From: Octopus vulgaris
Taxonomy: Eukaryota
Reading direction: 5' to 3'
Length of the DNA: 64,000 bases
Assembly: GCA_951406725.2 (NCBI GenBank)
Contig: OX597834.1
Span: 19,282,001-19,346,000 of the forward strand
The notes beneath the pieces are model-generated. The model was not told the origin of the DNA and searched no databases. It saw nothing but the letters and a program-made list of their open reading frames with translations. How positions within the stretch are numbered: the first letter of the stretch is position 1; the number at the start of each line of letters is the position of its first letter. The position numbers and the translations under genes are program-made. Shown here one piece after another: positions 13,635 through 26,524 of the stretch.

Positions 13635-14019
13635 ATCACACAAGTTCCAAGTTACAGGCCACAGTTTTGCACCAAGGTAGCCGAAGCATAGCTTGGGGCC
13701 ACATCTTTTCAAGCAAAATGTCATAGGTTTATGTTACATTTTCTGATGCTTCTTAATTTCTAAGAAAATTTAAGAATATTATATAACCTCAAGCACTGCA
13801 ATAGATTTTCAGAAACAGTTACTGATTAAAAAAGAAATATAATTCATTTACCTTAATTACGTAAATTTCTAAAGTATTTTGAAAGAAAAAAAAAAGTCAT
13901 GTTTTTCTCCAAAAAATAAAAGAATATACTTGTAAAATTTTATTTGAAATTCTATATTTGGTTATTATTTTTGTGTTTGTGTGTATTCTTTATGAAGTTC
14001 TGTTTGAACTACCTTTGGG

Positions 14020-17000
14020 ATGGTTTGAACGCAACATGATTGCAACATGATGGTTTGAATGCAACATGAATACAACATGATGGTTTGAACGCAACATGAT
14101 GGTTTGAATGCAACATGAATGCAACATGATGGTTTGAACGCAACATGAATGCAACATGATGGTTTGAATGCAACATGAATGCAACATGATGGTTTGAATG
14201 CAACATGATGGTTTGAATGCAACATGAATGCAACATGATGGTTTGAACGCAACATGAATGCAACATGATGGTTTGAACGCAACATGAATGCAACAAGATG
14301 GTTTGAATGCAACATGAATGCAACATGATGGTTTGAATGCAACATGATGGTTTGAATGCAACATGAATGCAACATGATGGTTTGAACGCAACATGAATGC
14401 AACATGATGGTTTGAATGCAACATGAATGCAACATGATGGTTTGAACGCAACATGAATGCAACATGATGGTTTGAATGCAACATGAATGCAACATGATGG
14501 TTTGAATGCAACATGATGGTTTGAATGCAACATGAATGCAACATGATGGTTTGAACGCAACATGAATGCAACATGATGGTTTGAACGCAACATGAATGCA
14601 ACATGATGGTTTGAACGCAACATGAATGCAACACGATGGTTTGAATGCAACATGAATGCAACATGATGGTTTGAACGCAACATGAATGCAACATGATGGT
14701 TTGAATGCAACATGAATGCAACATGATGGTTTGAATGCAACATGATGGTTTGAATGCAACATGAATGCAACATGATGGTTTGAACGCAACATGAAATGCA
14801 ACATGATGGTTTGAATGCAACATGAATGCAACATGATGGTTTGAACGCAACATGAATGCAACATGATGGTTTGAATGCAACATGAATGCAACATGATGGT
14901 TTGAATGCAACATGATGGTTTGAATGCAACATGAATGCAACATGATGGTTTGAACGCAACATGAATGCAACATGATGGTTTGAACGCAACATGAATGCAA
15001 CAAGAACATGGTTTGAACGCAACATGAATGCAACACGATGGTTTGAATGCAACATGAATGCAACATGATGGTTTGAACGCAACATGAATGCAACATGATG
15101 GTTTGAATGCAACATGAATGCAACATGATGGTTTGAATGCAACATGATGGTTTGAATGCAACATGAATGCAACATGATGGTTTGAACGCAACATGAATGC
15201 AACATGATGGTTTGAATGCAACATGAATGCAACATGATGGTTTGAACGCAACATGAATGCAACATGATGGTTTGAATGCAACATGAATGCAACATGATGG
15301 TTTGAATGCAACATGATGGTTTGAATGCAACATGAATGCAACATGATGGTTTGAACGCAACATGAATGCAACATGATGGTTTGAATGCAACATGAATGCA
15401 ACATGATGGTTTGAATGCAACATGAGTGGTTTGAATGCAACATGAATGCAACATGATGGTTTGAACGCAACATGAATGCAACATGATGGTTTGAATGCAA
15501 CATGAATGCAACATGATGGTTTGAACGCAACATGAATGCAACATGATGGTTTGAATGCAACATGAATGCAACATGATGGTTTGAATGCAACATGATGGTT
15601 TGAATGCAACATGAATGCAACATGATGGTTTGAACGCAACATGAATGCAACATGATGGTTTGAATGCAACATGAATGCAACATGATGGTTTGAACGCAAC
15701 ATGAATGCAACATGATGGTTTGAATGCAACATGAATGCAACATGATGGTTTGAATGCAACATGATGGTTTGAATGCAACATGAATGCAACATGATGGTTT
15801 GAACGCAACATGAATGCAACATGATGGTTTGAATGCAACATGAATGCAACATGATGGTTTGAATGCAACATGATGGTTTGAACGCAACATGAATGCAACA
15901 TGATGGTTTGAATGCAACATGAATGCAACATGATGGTTTGAACGCAACATGAATGCAACATGATGGTTTGAACGCAACATGAATGCAACAAGATGGTTTG
16001 AACGCAACATGAATGCAACACGATGGTTTGAATGCAACATGAATGCAACATGATGGTTTGAACGCAACATGAATGCAACATGATGGTTTGAATGCAACAT
16101 GAATGCAACATGATGGTTTGAATGCAACATGATGGTTTGAATGCAACATGAATGCAACATGATGGTTTGAACGCAACATGAATGCAACATGATGGTTTGA
16201 ATGCAACATGAATGCAACATGATGGTTTGAACGCAACATGAATGCAACATGATGGTTTGAATGCAACATGAATGCAACATGATGGTTTGAATGCAACATG
16301 ATGGTTTGAATGCAACATGAATGCAACATGATGGTTTGAACGCAACATGAATGCAACATGATGGTTTGAACGCAACATGAATGCAACAAGATGGTTTGAA
16401 CGCAACATGAATGCAACACGATGGTTTGAATGCAACATGAATGCAACATGATGGTTTGAACGCAACATGAATGCAACATGATGGTTTGAATGCAACATGA
16501 ATGCAACATGATGGTTTGAATGCAACATGATGGTTTGAATGCAACATGAATGCAACATGATGGTTTGAACGCAACATGAATGCAACATGATGGTTTGAAT
16601 GCAACATGAATGCAACATGATGGTTTGAACGCAACATGAATGCAACATGATGGTTTGAATGCAACATGAATGCAACATGATGGTTTGAATGCAACATGAT
16701 GGTTTGAATGCAACATGAATGCAACATGATGGTTTGAACGCAACATGAATGCAACATGATGGTTTGAACGCAACATGAATGCAACAAGATGGTTTGAACG
16801 CAACATGAATGCAACACGATGGTTTGAATGCAACATGAATGCAACATGATGGTTTGAACGCAACATGAATGCAACAAGATGGTTTGAATGCAACATGATG
16901 GTTTGAACGCAACATGAATGCAACAAGATGGTTTGAATGCAACATGAATGCAACATGATGGTTTGAATGCAACATGATGGTTTGAACGCAACATGAATGC

Positions 17001-17056
17001 AACATGATGGTTTGAATGCAACATGAATGCAACATGATAGTTTGAATGCAACATGT
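14020..17056. repeat. About 3 kb satellite of 19-bp (tggtttgaaYgcaacatga) and 30-bp (19-mer plus atgcaacatga) monomers with a 398-bp higher-order repeat
   Basis: Directly visible. The diagnostic caacaCgatgg variant recurs at 14634, 15036, 16021, 16419 and 16817. Confidence 0.97.
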
Positions 17057-17197
17057 TGTGGATTGGCAGAAGTGTTAGAGTGTTAGATGAAATATCTTGT
17101 GTTATTTGTTCTGAGTTGCTGCAATGTGAGTTCATATCCTGCCCTGTCACTAGAAAAACATCACTTCTATAAGGATTTACAACAGGCAGATGATAGA

Positions 17198-17599
17198 AGT
17201 GGCTGTGTGGTAAGTAGCTTGCTAAGCAACCACATGGTTCCGGGTTCAGTCCCACTGCGTGGCACCTTGGGCAAGTGTCTTCTACTATAGCCTCGGGCTG
17301 ACCAAAGCCTTGAGAGTGGATTTGGTAGACGGAAACTGAAAGAAGCCTGTCGTATATATGTATATATATATATATGTGTGTATGTTTGTGTGTTTGTCTT
17401 TGTCCCCCTAGCATTATTTGACAACCAATGCTGGTGTGTTTATGTCCCCGTCACTTAGCGGTTTGGCAAAATAGACCGAAAGAATAAGTACTGGGCTTAC
17501 AAAGACTAAGTCCTGGGTCGATTTGCTCGACTAAAGGCGGTGCTCCAGCATGGCTGCAGTCAAATGACTGAAACAAGTAAAAGAGAGTAAAAGAGAGAG
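17198..17599 (+). mobile_element. tRNA-derived SINE family A, near full length
   Basis: A-box-like tggctgtgtgg, B-box-like ggttcagtccc, internal (TA)/(TG) tract, tail aaggcggtgctccagcatggctgcagtcaaatgactgaaacaagtaaaagag. Confidence 0.92.
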
Positions 17600-18167
17600 T
17601 ATCAGCAATTTTAAAAATCAATGGAAACAAGCAATGATACATATACTCAGCATAAATAATGGTACATGTGAGCATAAATGATGTATATATTAGCATAATT
17701 AAAGCTATATGTTAGCATAAATAATGCATATTATTAGCATAAATAATAATACATATTATTAGCATAAATAATGATATGTATTGTTAGCTTAGCCAGTGAC
17801 CTTCTTGAAAATATATACTGTTATATAATGTTTCACCTACCGAGGTATAAAGCTGTTACCTCCATGCGTTAATATGTACATGTGTATGTATATACAATTA
17901 CACAAACACATATATACACGTGTAAATACATACGTACACTTCTATATATTAAGATATTGAAATAAAAACCAGAAACAAAAGGGTAAACAAAATCGATCTA
18001 AAATCGAAATTCATTTAAAACAAGATCATTAGTTCTGTGACAGCATGAGAATTACTCCAAACTTGGAATTACTTTCATTCACTTCAAGCACACACACACA
18101 CACACACACTCTGTCTCTGTCTCTCTCTCTCTCTCACACACACACACACTCTGTTTCTGTGTGTGTG

Positions 18168-18201
<34 letters not shown>

Positions 18202-18208
18202 TCTGTCA

Positions 18209-18254
<46 letters not shown>

Positions 18255-18263
18255 CTCTGTCAC

Positions 18264-18353
<90 letters not shown>

Positions 18354-18407
18354 TCTGTCTCTGTCTCTCTCTCTCAAACACACACACACACTTTCTTTCT
18401 GTCTCTG

Positions 18408-18443
<36 letters not shown>

Positions 18444-19343
18444 TCTCTACAGCAATATATTTTACAATGCTAAATAAAAGCTGTTCATTCTTTTTAAGAT
18501 GTATACAGAAGAAGAAGATAATAATCTATTGTTTATATTTCACCTTGGATCTATTTTATTATCTTTGTAAGCGAGAACTTTGATTATTTATTCTGTAAGA
18601 AAAAAAAAAAAAATCAAAGAACTCTTCCAAACCTTTTTCTCTTCTCCTTTTTGGCAAGGTAGAGAAATTTAATTAGAATTTTATAGACTAAGTTGATGTC
18701 AACAGAGAGATTTTATTAAATCCTGTTGCAGAAATATTACAGAGTTCTTTTTTCTTTTTGCTAAAGAAAGTTCTAAGAAATGTTGTTTTGGGTGCAAAGA
18801 GTTAGGTGAACTAAGTCTATGATTAAACGAAAGTAATTTCTCTTTGCAAAAAGCATCGACATTAATTTTAGCACTCCCTTAATAATCTTACATTTCATGC
18901 TACTGTGAAAAGCCATTAATTTTTTTCATTATTCTCATAGTTGTTCTGATTCCCAATGGAAATCATTTCAACGATAATAACACTGATGATTTCTTACATA
19001 GATACAAGCTTTAACATTTTTACAGAAATGTGTGAAGTCAATTTAATTAATACCAGTAATAATTTGGTGCTTATCTTATCAATGTCATCAACCCCCCTCA
19101 GTGCTTGACTAGTATTTATTTTCCTTGAGTTTCATCCCAGAAGGATGAGAAACGAAAACGGAATTAAATGTATAAGATTTGAGACTTTAGGAAATGTGAG
19201 CTTGTGATTTGTATGACTTTCAGAAGTAGATTAGTGATCGACCACAATGACAAAAGCTAATCTTGAAGAACAGAAATCAGTGCTAGCTTCATGTTCCCTG
19301 GTTGTTTTAGTTTCCAATCAACATCCTTTCAATAATATTGGTT

Positions 19344-19556
19344 TAAATTTTGGCACAAGGCCAGCAACAATTTTTGGGGATGTGGTAAGTTAATTTACAT
19401 TGATTCCAGTACTCAACTGGTCCTGATTTTATTGATCCTGATAGGATGAAAGGCGAAACTGACCTTGGCGAACTTTGAATACAGAACCTAAAGACAGACG
19501 AAATGCTGTTGAGCATTTTGCCCAGTGTGGTCACTGATCTGCCAGCTCACCACCTT
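19344..19556 (-). mobile_element. SINE family B variant (ggcacaaggccagcaa-type tail)
   Basis: aggatgaaaggcgaaactgacctt...gccagctcaccacc is shared with other B copies. Confidence 0.75.
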
Positions 19557-20369
19557 CGTCCTTTCAATGATATTAACAATACCATTTTTTAGACAATACG
19601 ATGTGATTTTTATGGATATTAGTTACAATTTCTAACATTTTGAGTGAACTTGTAGAGTTTTTCTTTTCATCTCATAAGATACCAATGTTGGCTTGCATGT
19701 GTACTTTGCTTGTTGCTGTTATCAAAACAATGTTTGAAAGATTGTGTGATGACTAGTAAGCTGAGTAGTCCATTTAATTTTTTAAGGGGTTCAGAGCTTT
19801 ACCAAACTACTTGGTTTAACACCACCATATGACCCTTGTGTGTCTCATTTTGTTGTTAGAATCTGGACCTGGTTTCCAGACTGGGGGCTTCTGTGACCTA
19901 ACCACATATCATTGCTCTTTATGTTTATCAATGATACCACAAAAAAAATGAAAGGAATGAAAATAAGCCCAAATCCCCAAGACAGTTTTTGCCCCTCTTC
20001 TCAAATATCCAATGCTTTCCCTCTAACCTAGATCCCACACCTTACCTCTTACTTCATACCCTATTTCATTTAGTGTTTATGGAGGTAGTTTTGCTTGTCT
20101 GTTACTAGAAATGTTAGTTTGCTACTCCTTTTGATTTTTCTGATTTAAGAAACTTTCTGGTTTTGACTTAACACAGCAGTAAGTAAAGGAAAAAGATGAA
20201 TCATTGACACCACAGGGATTAGCTTATTTGACTGTATAACCCAACTATACACACTGTCTTACATGATATCAAAAGTGAATACCATTAGAAAGATATAAAT
20301 GTTGTCACAAGTTATGTTTTGACATGCTTCATCGAACACTTAATTTCTAACAATGTAATCGAAATTGAA

Positions 20370-20854
20370 CCAATCCTATGACTGGCACCCGGCAGTTGCC
20401 AGGGCTGCTGGACTGACTCCTGTGCAGGTGGTAAGTGAAGAAACACCATTTCGACCCTGTGCTTGAGGAGATCCATTGAGTCAAGTACACCGACATCAAA
20501 ATCAATGGAAACTGCAGTTGTGATCCCTGTGCCGGTGGCACGTAAAAAAGCACCATCCGAATGTGGCCGATGCCAGTGCCGCCTCGACTGGCTTCCGTGC
20601 TGGTGGCACGTAAAATGCACCAATCCGATCATGGCCATTGCCAGCCTCGCCTGACACCTGTGCTGGTGGCACGTAAAAAGCACCCACTACACTCACGCAG
20701 TGGTTGGCATTAGGAAGGGCATCCAGCTGTAGAAACACTGCCAGATCAGAATGGAGCCTGGTGCAGCCTTCTGGCTTCCCAGATCCCCCGGTCGAACCGT
20801 CCAACCCATGGTAGCATGGAGAACGGACGTTAAACGATGATGATGATGATGATG
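20370..20854 (+). mobile_element. Retroposon family C (probably an RTE-type LINE 3' UTR or a derived SINE) with internal about 65-bp subrepeats
   Basis: Three ggtggcacgtaaaa(a/t)gcacc units, a 3' hairpin and a (GAT)n tail. Copies elsewhere are variably 5'-truncated. Confidence 0.85.
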
Positions 20855-21807
20855 TATCCAATATATCCTTTCTTTCTTAGGTAGTAAGTTTCAATTTGGT
20901 AGGGAAATTTAGACGCTATTTCTAGCATGCTGAGTGAAGCTGTAGCAGCTTCTTCATTGACTCAAATATCTGAGTCGTTGAGGAACTAAGAATCTTGTCT
21001 CAATTCTCTGGTACTACAGCAACATTCCGAAGCTCTTCTGCCAAGCTTTTACCAAACCTTCTTTCCTTCTCATCAGTGTGATATTAATGCTCTAGTGAAG
21101 CATCAGATCAACTGACAATTAACTGACGACATAGAATTCAGGTTGTGTTTTTCACTGCTGGAAGCAAAGCCAGTCAATTAACACTGAATAAAACATGGAC
21201 AGAAAATTGCTTTAATGAAATTTCTTTCAGTAAATGTTATCTTTCTTGTAGGATCACTCAGAAGAATGGGTAAATATTCTTTAAGCAACTTAAAGGGGGG
21301 GATATGATGGTTTAGTGTTATTTATTGCATGCGTTATCTATCTACTTCCAGTGAAGCAGAATATATGATATGGTAGACGACTGATTAAAATACCTTGCTG
21401 TAATTAATTATAGCTGTTTACATTCTGGGTTAAAATTCATTCAAGTTTAAAGGAAGAAAGCAGTTTAGGAACAAGATAAGGACACCAACTGAGTGTTTAT
21501 GCCTGTATATGCACACAGATATTAAGATATTAAGAAACAGTAACAGCACACAAATACAAATATAAAGGTGGATATTTAAATCCAGGCTTGTATATGTAGT
21601 TTTGGGTTCAGTTCCACTGCAGGGCACCTTGGGCAAATGTATTTCCTTCAGCAAATGTATTCCTTTGTGACTAGACATGGTAGATGGAAACTGAAAGAAG
21701 CCTGTTGTATGTGTGTGTGTGTTCTTTTATTCTTTTAATTGCTTCAGTCACTTGACTGCAGCCATGCTGGAGCACTGCCTTCTATCAAACAAATCAACCT
21801 CAGGATT

Positions 21808-22275
21808 CCATCTTGCCCCAAATCATTTAACTAAATCCTCCTCCCATCACCTTGGAGACCTTCTGAGCAGCTTTTTCTGTTCTTTTGGATGTCACTTAGC
21901 AACTCCATGATTATTCCTGTTGTTTTGTGAGTCTTGTGACATGTCCAGATCAATGGAAGTTGTGCTTTTGGTATTGTACAGTCATGTCATCCACTCTACA
22001 CCTTTCTTGCACTATCTCGCTTTTGGTATGCTCTTGCAGCGATATTCCTGGTGTGGATCTTTCCACAGACTTTTGCATTATGGTCAATCAGTGTTCTTCC
22101 CTTTTTATTGTTGCCCATGTTTCACTTGCTTATAAGAGTGCAAGTAGGACAGAACTGGCATGCCCAGCTTTGTTTTAGGTGCATCATTTATTGAGGTAAA
22201 TGCCTTCCATTCTGCTCTTATTATCCTTGAGGTTTCAGCACCTATGCCTCAGAGCATATTCAACACAAGTAGCAA
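21808..22275 (-). pseudogene. Decayed RTE-clade LINE ORF2 C-terminal fragment
   Basis: The minus strand translates to VLLALL*ASETWATIKREEH*LTIMQKSVERSTPGISLQEH..SGHVTR, matching the RTE pattern LP.LLY.SETW..L...QR.MER..LGISL..WAGHVAR. Confidence 0.7.
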
Positions 22276-22381
22276 TCATCACTTACTATGGGTGAAGCTT
22301 ATCATCAATAAGATCATAGAGGATAAAACTTTACACCTTACAGTGAAGAATCAGTGCATTAGGGCCTGATGATGATGATGA

Positions 22382-22453
<72 letters not shown>

Positions 22454-22920
22454 GGGTGTTGAAATGTTGATGATACATATTCTCATGTACCCAAGTGACA
22501 TTGCTCTTATCATTTCTTCTTCAAGAACCTTCACCTGAAATGATACTCTCTCCTTGAACATGATCGATACTCCTATCATATACTTTATTTCCAATCACAT
22601 TCATTTCCATGCAGACCCTCACTAACCCACCATGTCTATTTGATCAACCTTGCTTCTTATTTGATGAGTCATTGGTTGATTCTTTAAAAGAAAGCAATAT
22701 TTTTCTATGAAGAGCAATCAAAAATGCTTATGCCTGTGTGTGTGTGTGTGTTTGTGAGTCTGTGCATATGTATTTGTGAAAAATCACTAAAGTGTTATCA
22801 CATCAAAATCAGGTTGAGGGAATTGCTTTTGAGACAAAATATATAATGGAAATGTTTATGAGGTAGAATAAATAGCTGAACTGTTTTTGTGACACACACA
22901 TATATATAAATATAAATATA

Positions 22921-23092
22921 TTAAAGAATGGAGTTGAACGACGAATTAACAAAATTCCTTTATTTTCGACATATGTTTCAAAGGCAGCATATTCCTAATT
23001 GCGAAGGAATAAGGAGTATATGATGTGAATTTGCTACCCAGGTATCGGTTAACCGAATTATCCATAACAAGATAATTCATTCAAGTACTCAA

Positions 23093-23095
<3 letters not shown>
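22921..23095. mobile_element. Short PLE-like fragment in (TA)n carrying an HHR 3' half on the minus strand
   Basis: The minus strand reads GAAA-CATATG-TC (22968-22979). It shares ttgctac..aggtatcggttaa with the neighbouring element at about 23530. Confidence 0.5.
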
Positions 23096-23132
<37 letters not shown>

Positions 23133-23136
<4 letters not shown>

Positions 23137-23600
23137 TATTGGTGAATTGAAGAAATGGAGCTGAACGCAAATTGAACAGAAATCGTTTTATTTCATTCTA
23201 CACGTGTTTCGAAAGGCACAAATTACCAAAATCTGATTGAATAATGGGACCATATTGTGTCTCTCTGTTCTGTTTTTGTTTTTCCAACGGATTTCCTATT
23301 TTCTTCCTGAAGAGAAAGACACAATATGGTCCCATTATTCAATCGGATTTTGGTAATTTGTGCCTTTCGAAACACGTGTAGAATGAAATAAAACGATTTC
23401 TGTTCAATCTGCGTTCAGCTCCATTTCTTCAATTCACCAATAATGTTTTAATTTCAATTATCTGCACCAACGCACGGTTGCAACACCATATGGTTGTACC
23501 TCCAACCGTGCTGTTTACTGCTGTGATTTTTGCTACTAAGGTATCGGTTAAACTTTTGATTAATCTACTACAAGATTATTCATCTTTCTATTTCACATAA
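23133..23600. mobile_element. PLE-like element in (TA)n with a 134-bp inverted repeat (23133-23266 / 23313-23446)
   Basis: The arms are near-perfect reverse complements (about 3 mismatches) separated by 46 bp. Confidence 0.85.
23300..23388 (+). ncRNA. Type I hammerhead ribozyme with intact core
   Basis: tttcttc-CTGAAGA(23307-23313)-gaaagacacaa..ttgtgcctttc-GAAA(23369-23372)-CACGTG-TA-gaatgaaa. G10.1-C11.1 is present. Predicted cleavage after 23380. Confidence 0.82.
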
Positions 23601-24344
23601 TATATATATATATATATATATATCAGAATAATTTTATTGACAACATATCTATTATAGAGCGAGTGTCACCTTTTAGTCTAAATGGACTGACTAGTAGTAT
23701 TGTCATTGATAAGTAGTAAGGTTGTGAGCAGAAATTGTTGAAGTATTGTCTGTGATGAGAACAAATCAGCAGATGTTATTCATTTGTCAGTGTGAATATT
23801 ATTTATTCTGCTGAAGTCAGCAAACATTAATTGTCATAATGGCTGTGACGAACTGCAGTTAAAGGATGAGAAGGATGTACACAATACTGTTGGCTTATGT
23901 AAATCGTGAATGCACTTGCTATAAACATTTAAAAGCATTTATGTATACGTGGCGCCCAATCACCTGTCTCCTATCAAAGCAGAAATCTTCCAGTCACCAC
24001 CATCAACATCACCAATCGCTCATGTTGAGAAATATTTTAAATTATATATCGCCTTAACTTTTATTTTAAATGTGTGAATGTGTATATTTGTGTGCACGTG
24101 CGTATATGTGTGTGTCAATAGAACTAAAAATGTTTTTTGTCAAATGATATTTACTTAAGATTAGATGCGTAGATATGAAGGATGTGTGCATGTGTATGCA
24201 TCTATACATTGGCTTTTGATTGAATGACTTAGTAAGTGTATATTACATATCTATGTATGTATGTATATTATAAAAATGTGTGCATGTATATATAGGTGCC
24301 TGTTTTTTTATCTGTCCTTTTTTTATAAATTTATCTGTCTTTTT

Positions 24345-24557
24345 ATCTCTTTTACTCTTTTCAATCATGTGACTGTGGCCATGCTGGGGCACTGCCTTTA
24401 GTTAAGTAAATCGACCCCATGACTTATTTTTTGTAAGCCTAGTACTTATTCTATTGGTCTCTTTTGTCAAACCGCTTAGTTACAGGCACATAAACACACC
24501 AGCATCGGTTGTCAAGCGATATTGGGGGGACAAACACAAACACACACACACACACAC

Positions 24558-24602
<45 letters not shown>

Positions 24603-24608
24603 GCTTCT
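24345..24608 (-). mobile_element. SINE family A, 3' two-thirds
   Basis: Colinear with the 41755 copy. Confidence 0.8.
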
Positions 24609-24831
24609 GTACAAGACCCAATGTGCCATGTTCTTCTATGGCACTGTCCTACCTGCACTTATATTCTTAAGTGTGGTTGAGTGGTTAAAAAGTTCACGTT
24701 AGATGCCGTGTGCTTTTTAGGTTCAGTTCCACTGTATGGCACTGCAGAAAATTGGCATCAATGATATCTCAAGGCTGAATAATGCCTTATCGGTGAATTT
24801 ATTGGTGAGAAGCTGCAGGGAAGCCCATAAT

Positions 24832-25249
24832 GGGATCTTTTCGGTTTGAACAGCAGTTTTTCCTAGCTGTGTCATATGAAATTGTCACCCATAATTATGA
24901 CCTAGAATCGATCTATTGCAGTTCAATGTTTTAGGGTTAGGGTTAGGAGTGGGTGGAAGGGTATCTTTTTTTTCTTCACAAATGTAAATAAACACAATCT
25001 GTTTCTTAAACGAGGGACATATTCATACGGTACAGAATGTCTTTTAACTCAATGGACGTCATCGATTGGTTGAAATTGCAGAAATTGAAGAAAAAAAACA
25101 GCAAATATCTTACAAACTATAGAATTTTTCTCAATAAAGCCAAGAGAAAAAGATGTTTTATAAACACATTCTACCAGTATACGAAGTTTAAAATTTTTTA
25201 GTTACCTAGAAATTATGTTAATAACTGCCGTTCAAACAGAAAAGATCCC
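24832..25249. mobile_element. MITE with about 27-bp TIRs, a 6-bp TSD and internal TTAGGG repeats, inserted in an old SINE-A (about 24672-25516)
   Basis: TIRs gggatcttttcggtttgaacagcagtt / aactgccgttcaaacagaaaagatccc. TSD cataat (24826-24831) / catcat (25250-25255). ttagggttagggttagg at 24931. Confidence 0.85.
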
Positions 25250-25879
25250 CATCATGTATACAGGCATTAATACAAGTGTATTTGTATGTGTGTTTGAAAA
25301 TTTGCTTTTTATTTGTGTTAGTCTCTCATTGTTTGAAAACTGGTGTTGATTTGCCAGCATCCTCATAACTTGGCTGTTCATCAAAAAGCAATTGATAGAA
25401 TAAGTACATGTCCTTTAAAAAATGCACTAAAGTACTAAACATGATCTGATCAGTGAAATTCTTTTATGGCAGTGCTCCAGAATGGCTGTAGCCCACTGAC
25501 AAACAACTAAAAGAGTATCTGAATATGCATTTGTGTATGTGTACATGTAGATGTTTCTCTCAATTTATGCAGATTGTCTATGTTGCATCAGTGCATCTGC
25601 TCATTATACAAATGTATCTATGATTGATCTGTATACATGTATCCCATATATATATATATATATATTGCATATCTGTGAAAGTATTTGACAGTTTCATGAT
25701 TTTCAAAAGTTATGAGAAATGGAAGGACCCATGGCTATGCTGTTTGCCATGACTCAGTGTTGAGATAAATACCAGTTAAGCCAGTGTAAATAAATCTTCC
25801 CAAAAACTCCAAGTGCATTTTCAACTTTTCATCTTTCTCTCTCTACTCATACCCGTGTGAAAAAATAAAAAAAATGTTA

Positions 25880-25932
<53 letters not shown>

Positions 25933-26274
25933 TACACACACACATATATATTAAAGATAAATGGAAAAACATACACACATGTACATACATATGTATTTTC
26001 CATTTATGTATATATATATATGTTTTGCATGATTTATGAAATTGGTTTGGAAGTACACATCTGTTCATAAGCACTGAAAACCATTACAAACGAAAATTAT
26101 TTTCTCTGGGCTGATTCTTCAAACAACAATGGTAGCAACTACAGAAAATACAAACGTGGATATCAAATTAATGTTCCTTTATACACCAAAACATTGTCAA
26201 TATGCTATTGGCTCACTTGTTACCATGACATTCCATTGTTGTCTTCGTTTTTTTAGCTTTATTCATTCATTCAT

Positions 26275-26313
<39 letters not shown>

Positions 26314-26471
26314 TTCAGCCGCTCCCCCACACCTGTCCTCTCTTTTACCAGTTTCAGCATCAAATCATACTTTAGAAATATCAGTTGATCTCTTTGGAGC
26401 CAATATATTCCTTCTTTTCTCACTTTTTCCTCCTTCCCTGTTTCTTCTGCTCCTGTCTCTCCCTCATTCCC

Positions 26472-26524
<53 letters not shown>

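Noticed and set aside
14020-17056. Possible CRISPR array
   Set aside because: No unique spacers, a eukaryotic context and no cas genes; it is a tandem satellite.
24931-24947. Telomere or chromosome fusion scar
   Set aside because: Only about three units, internal to a TIR-bounded MITE.
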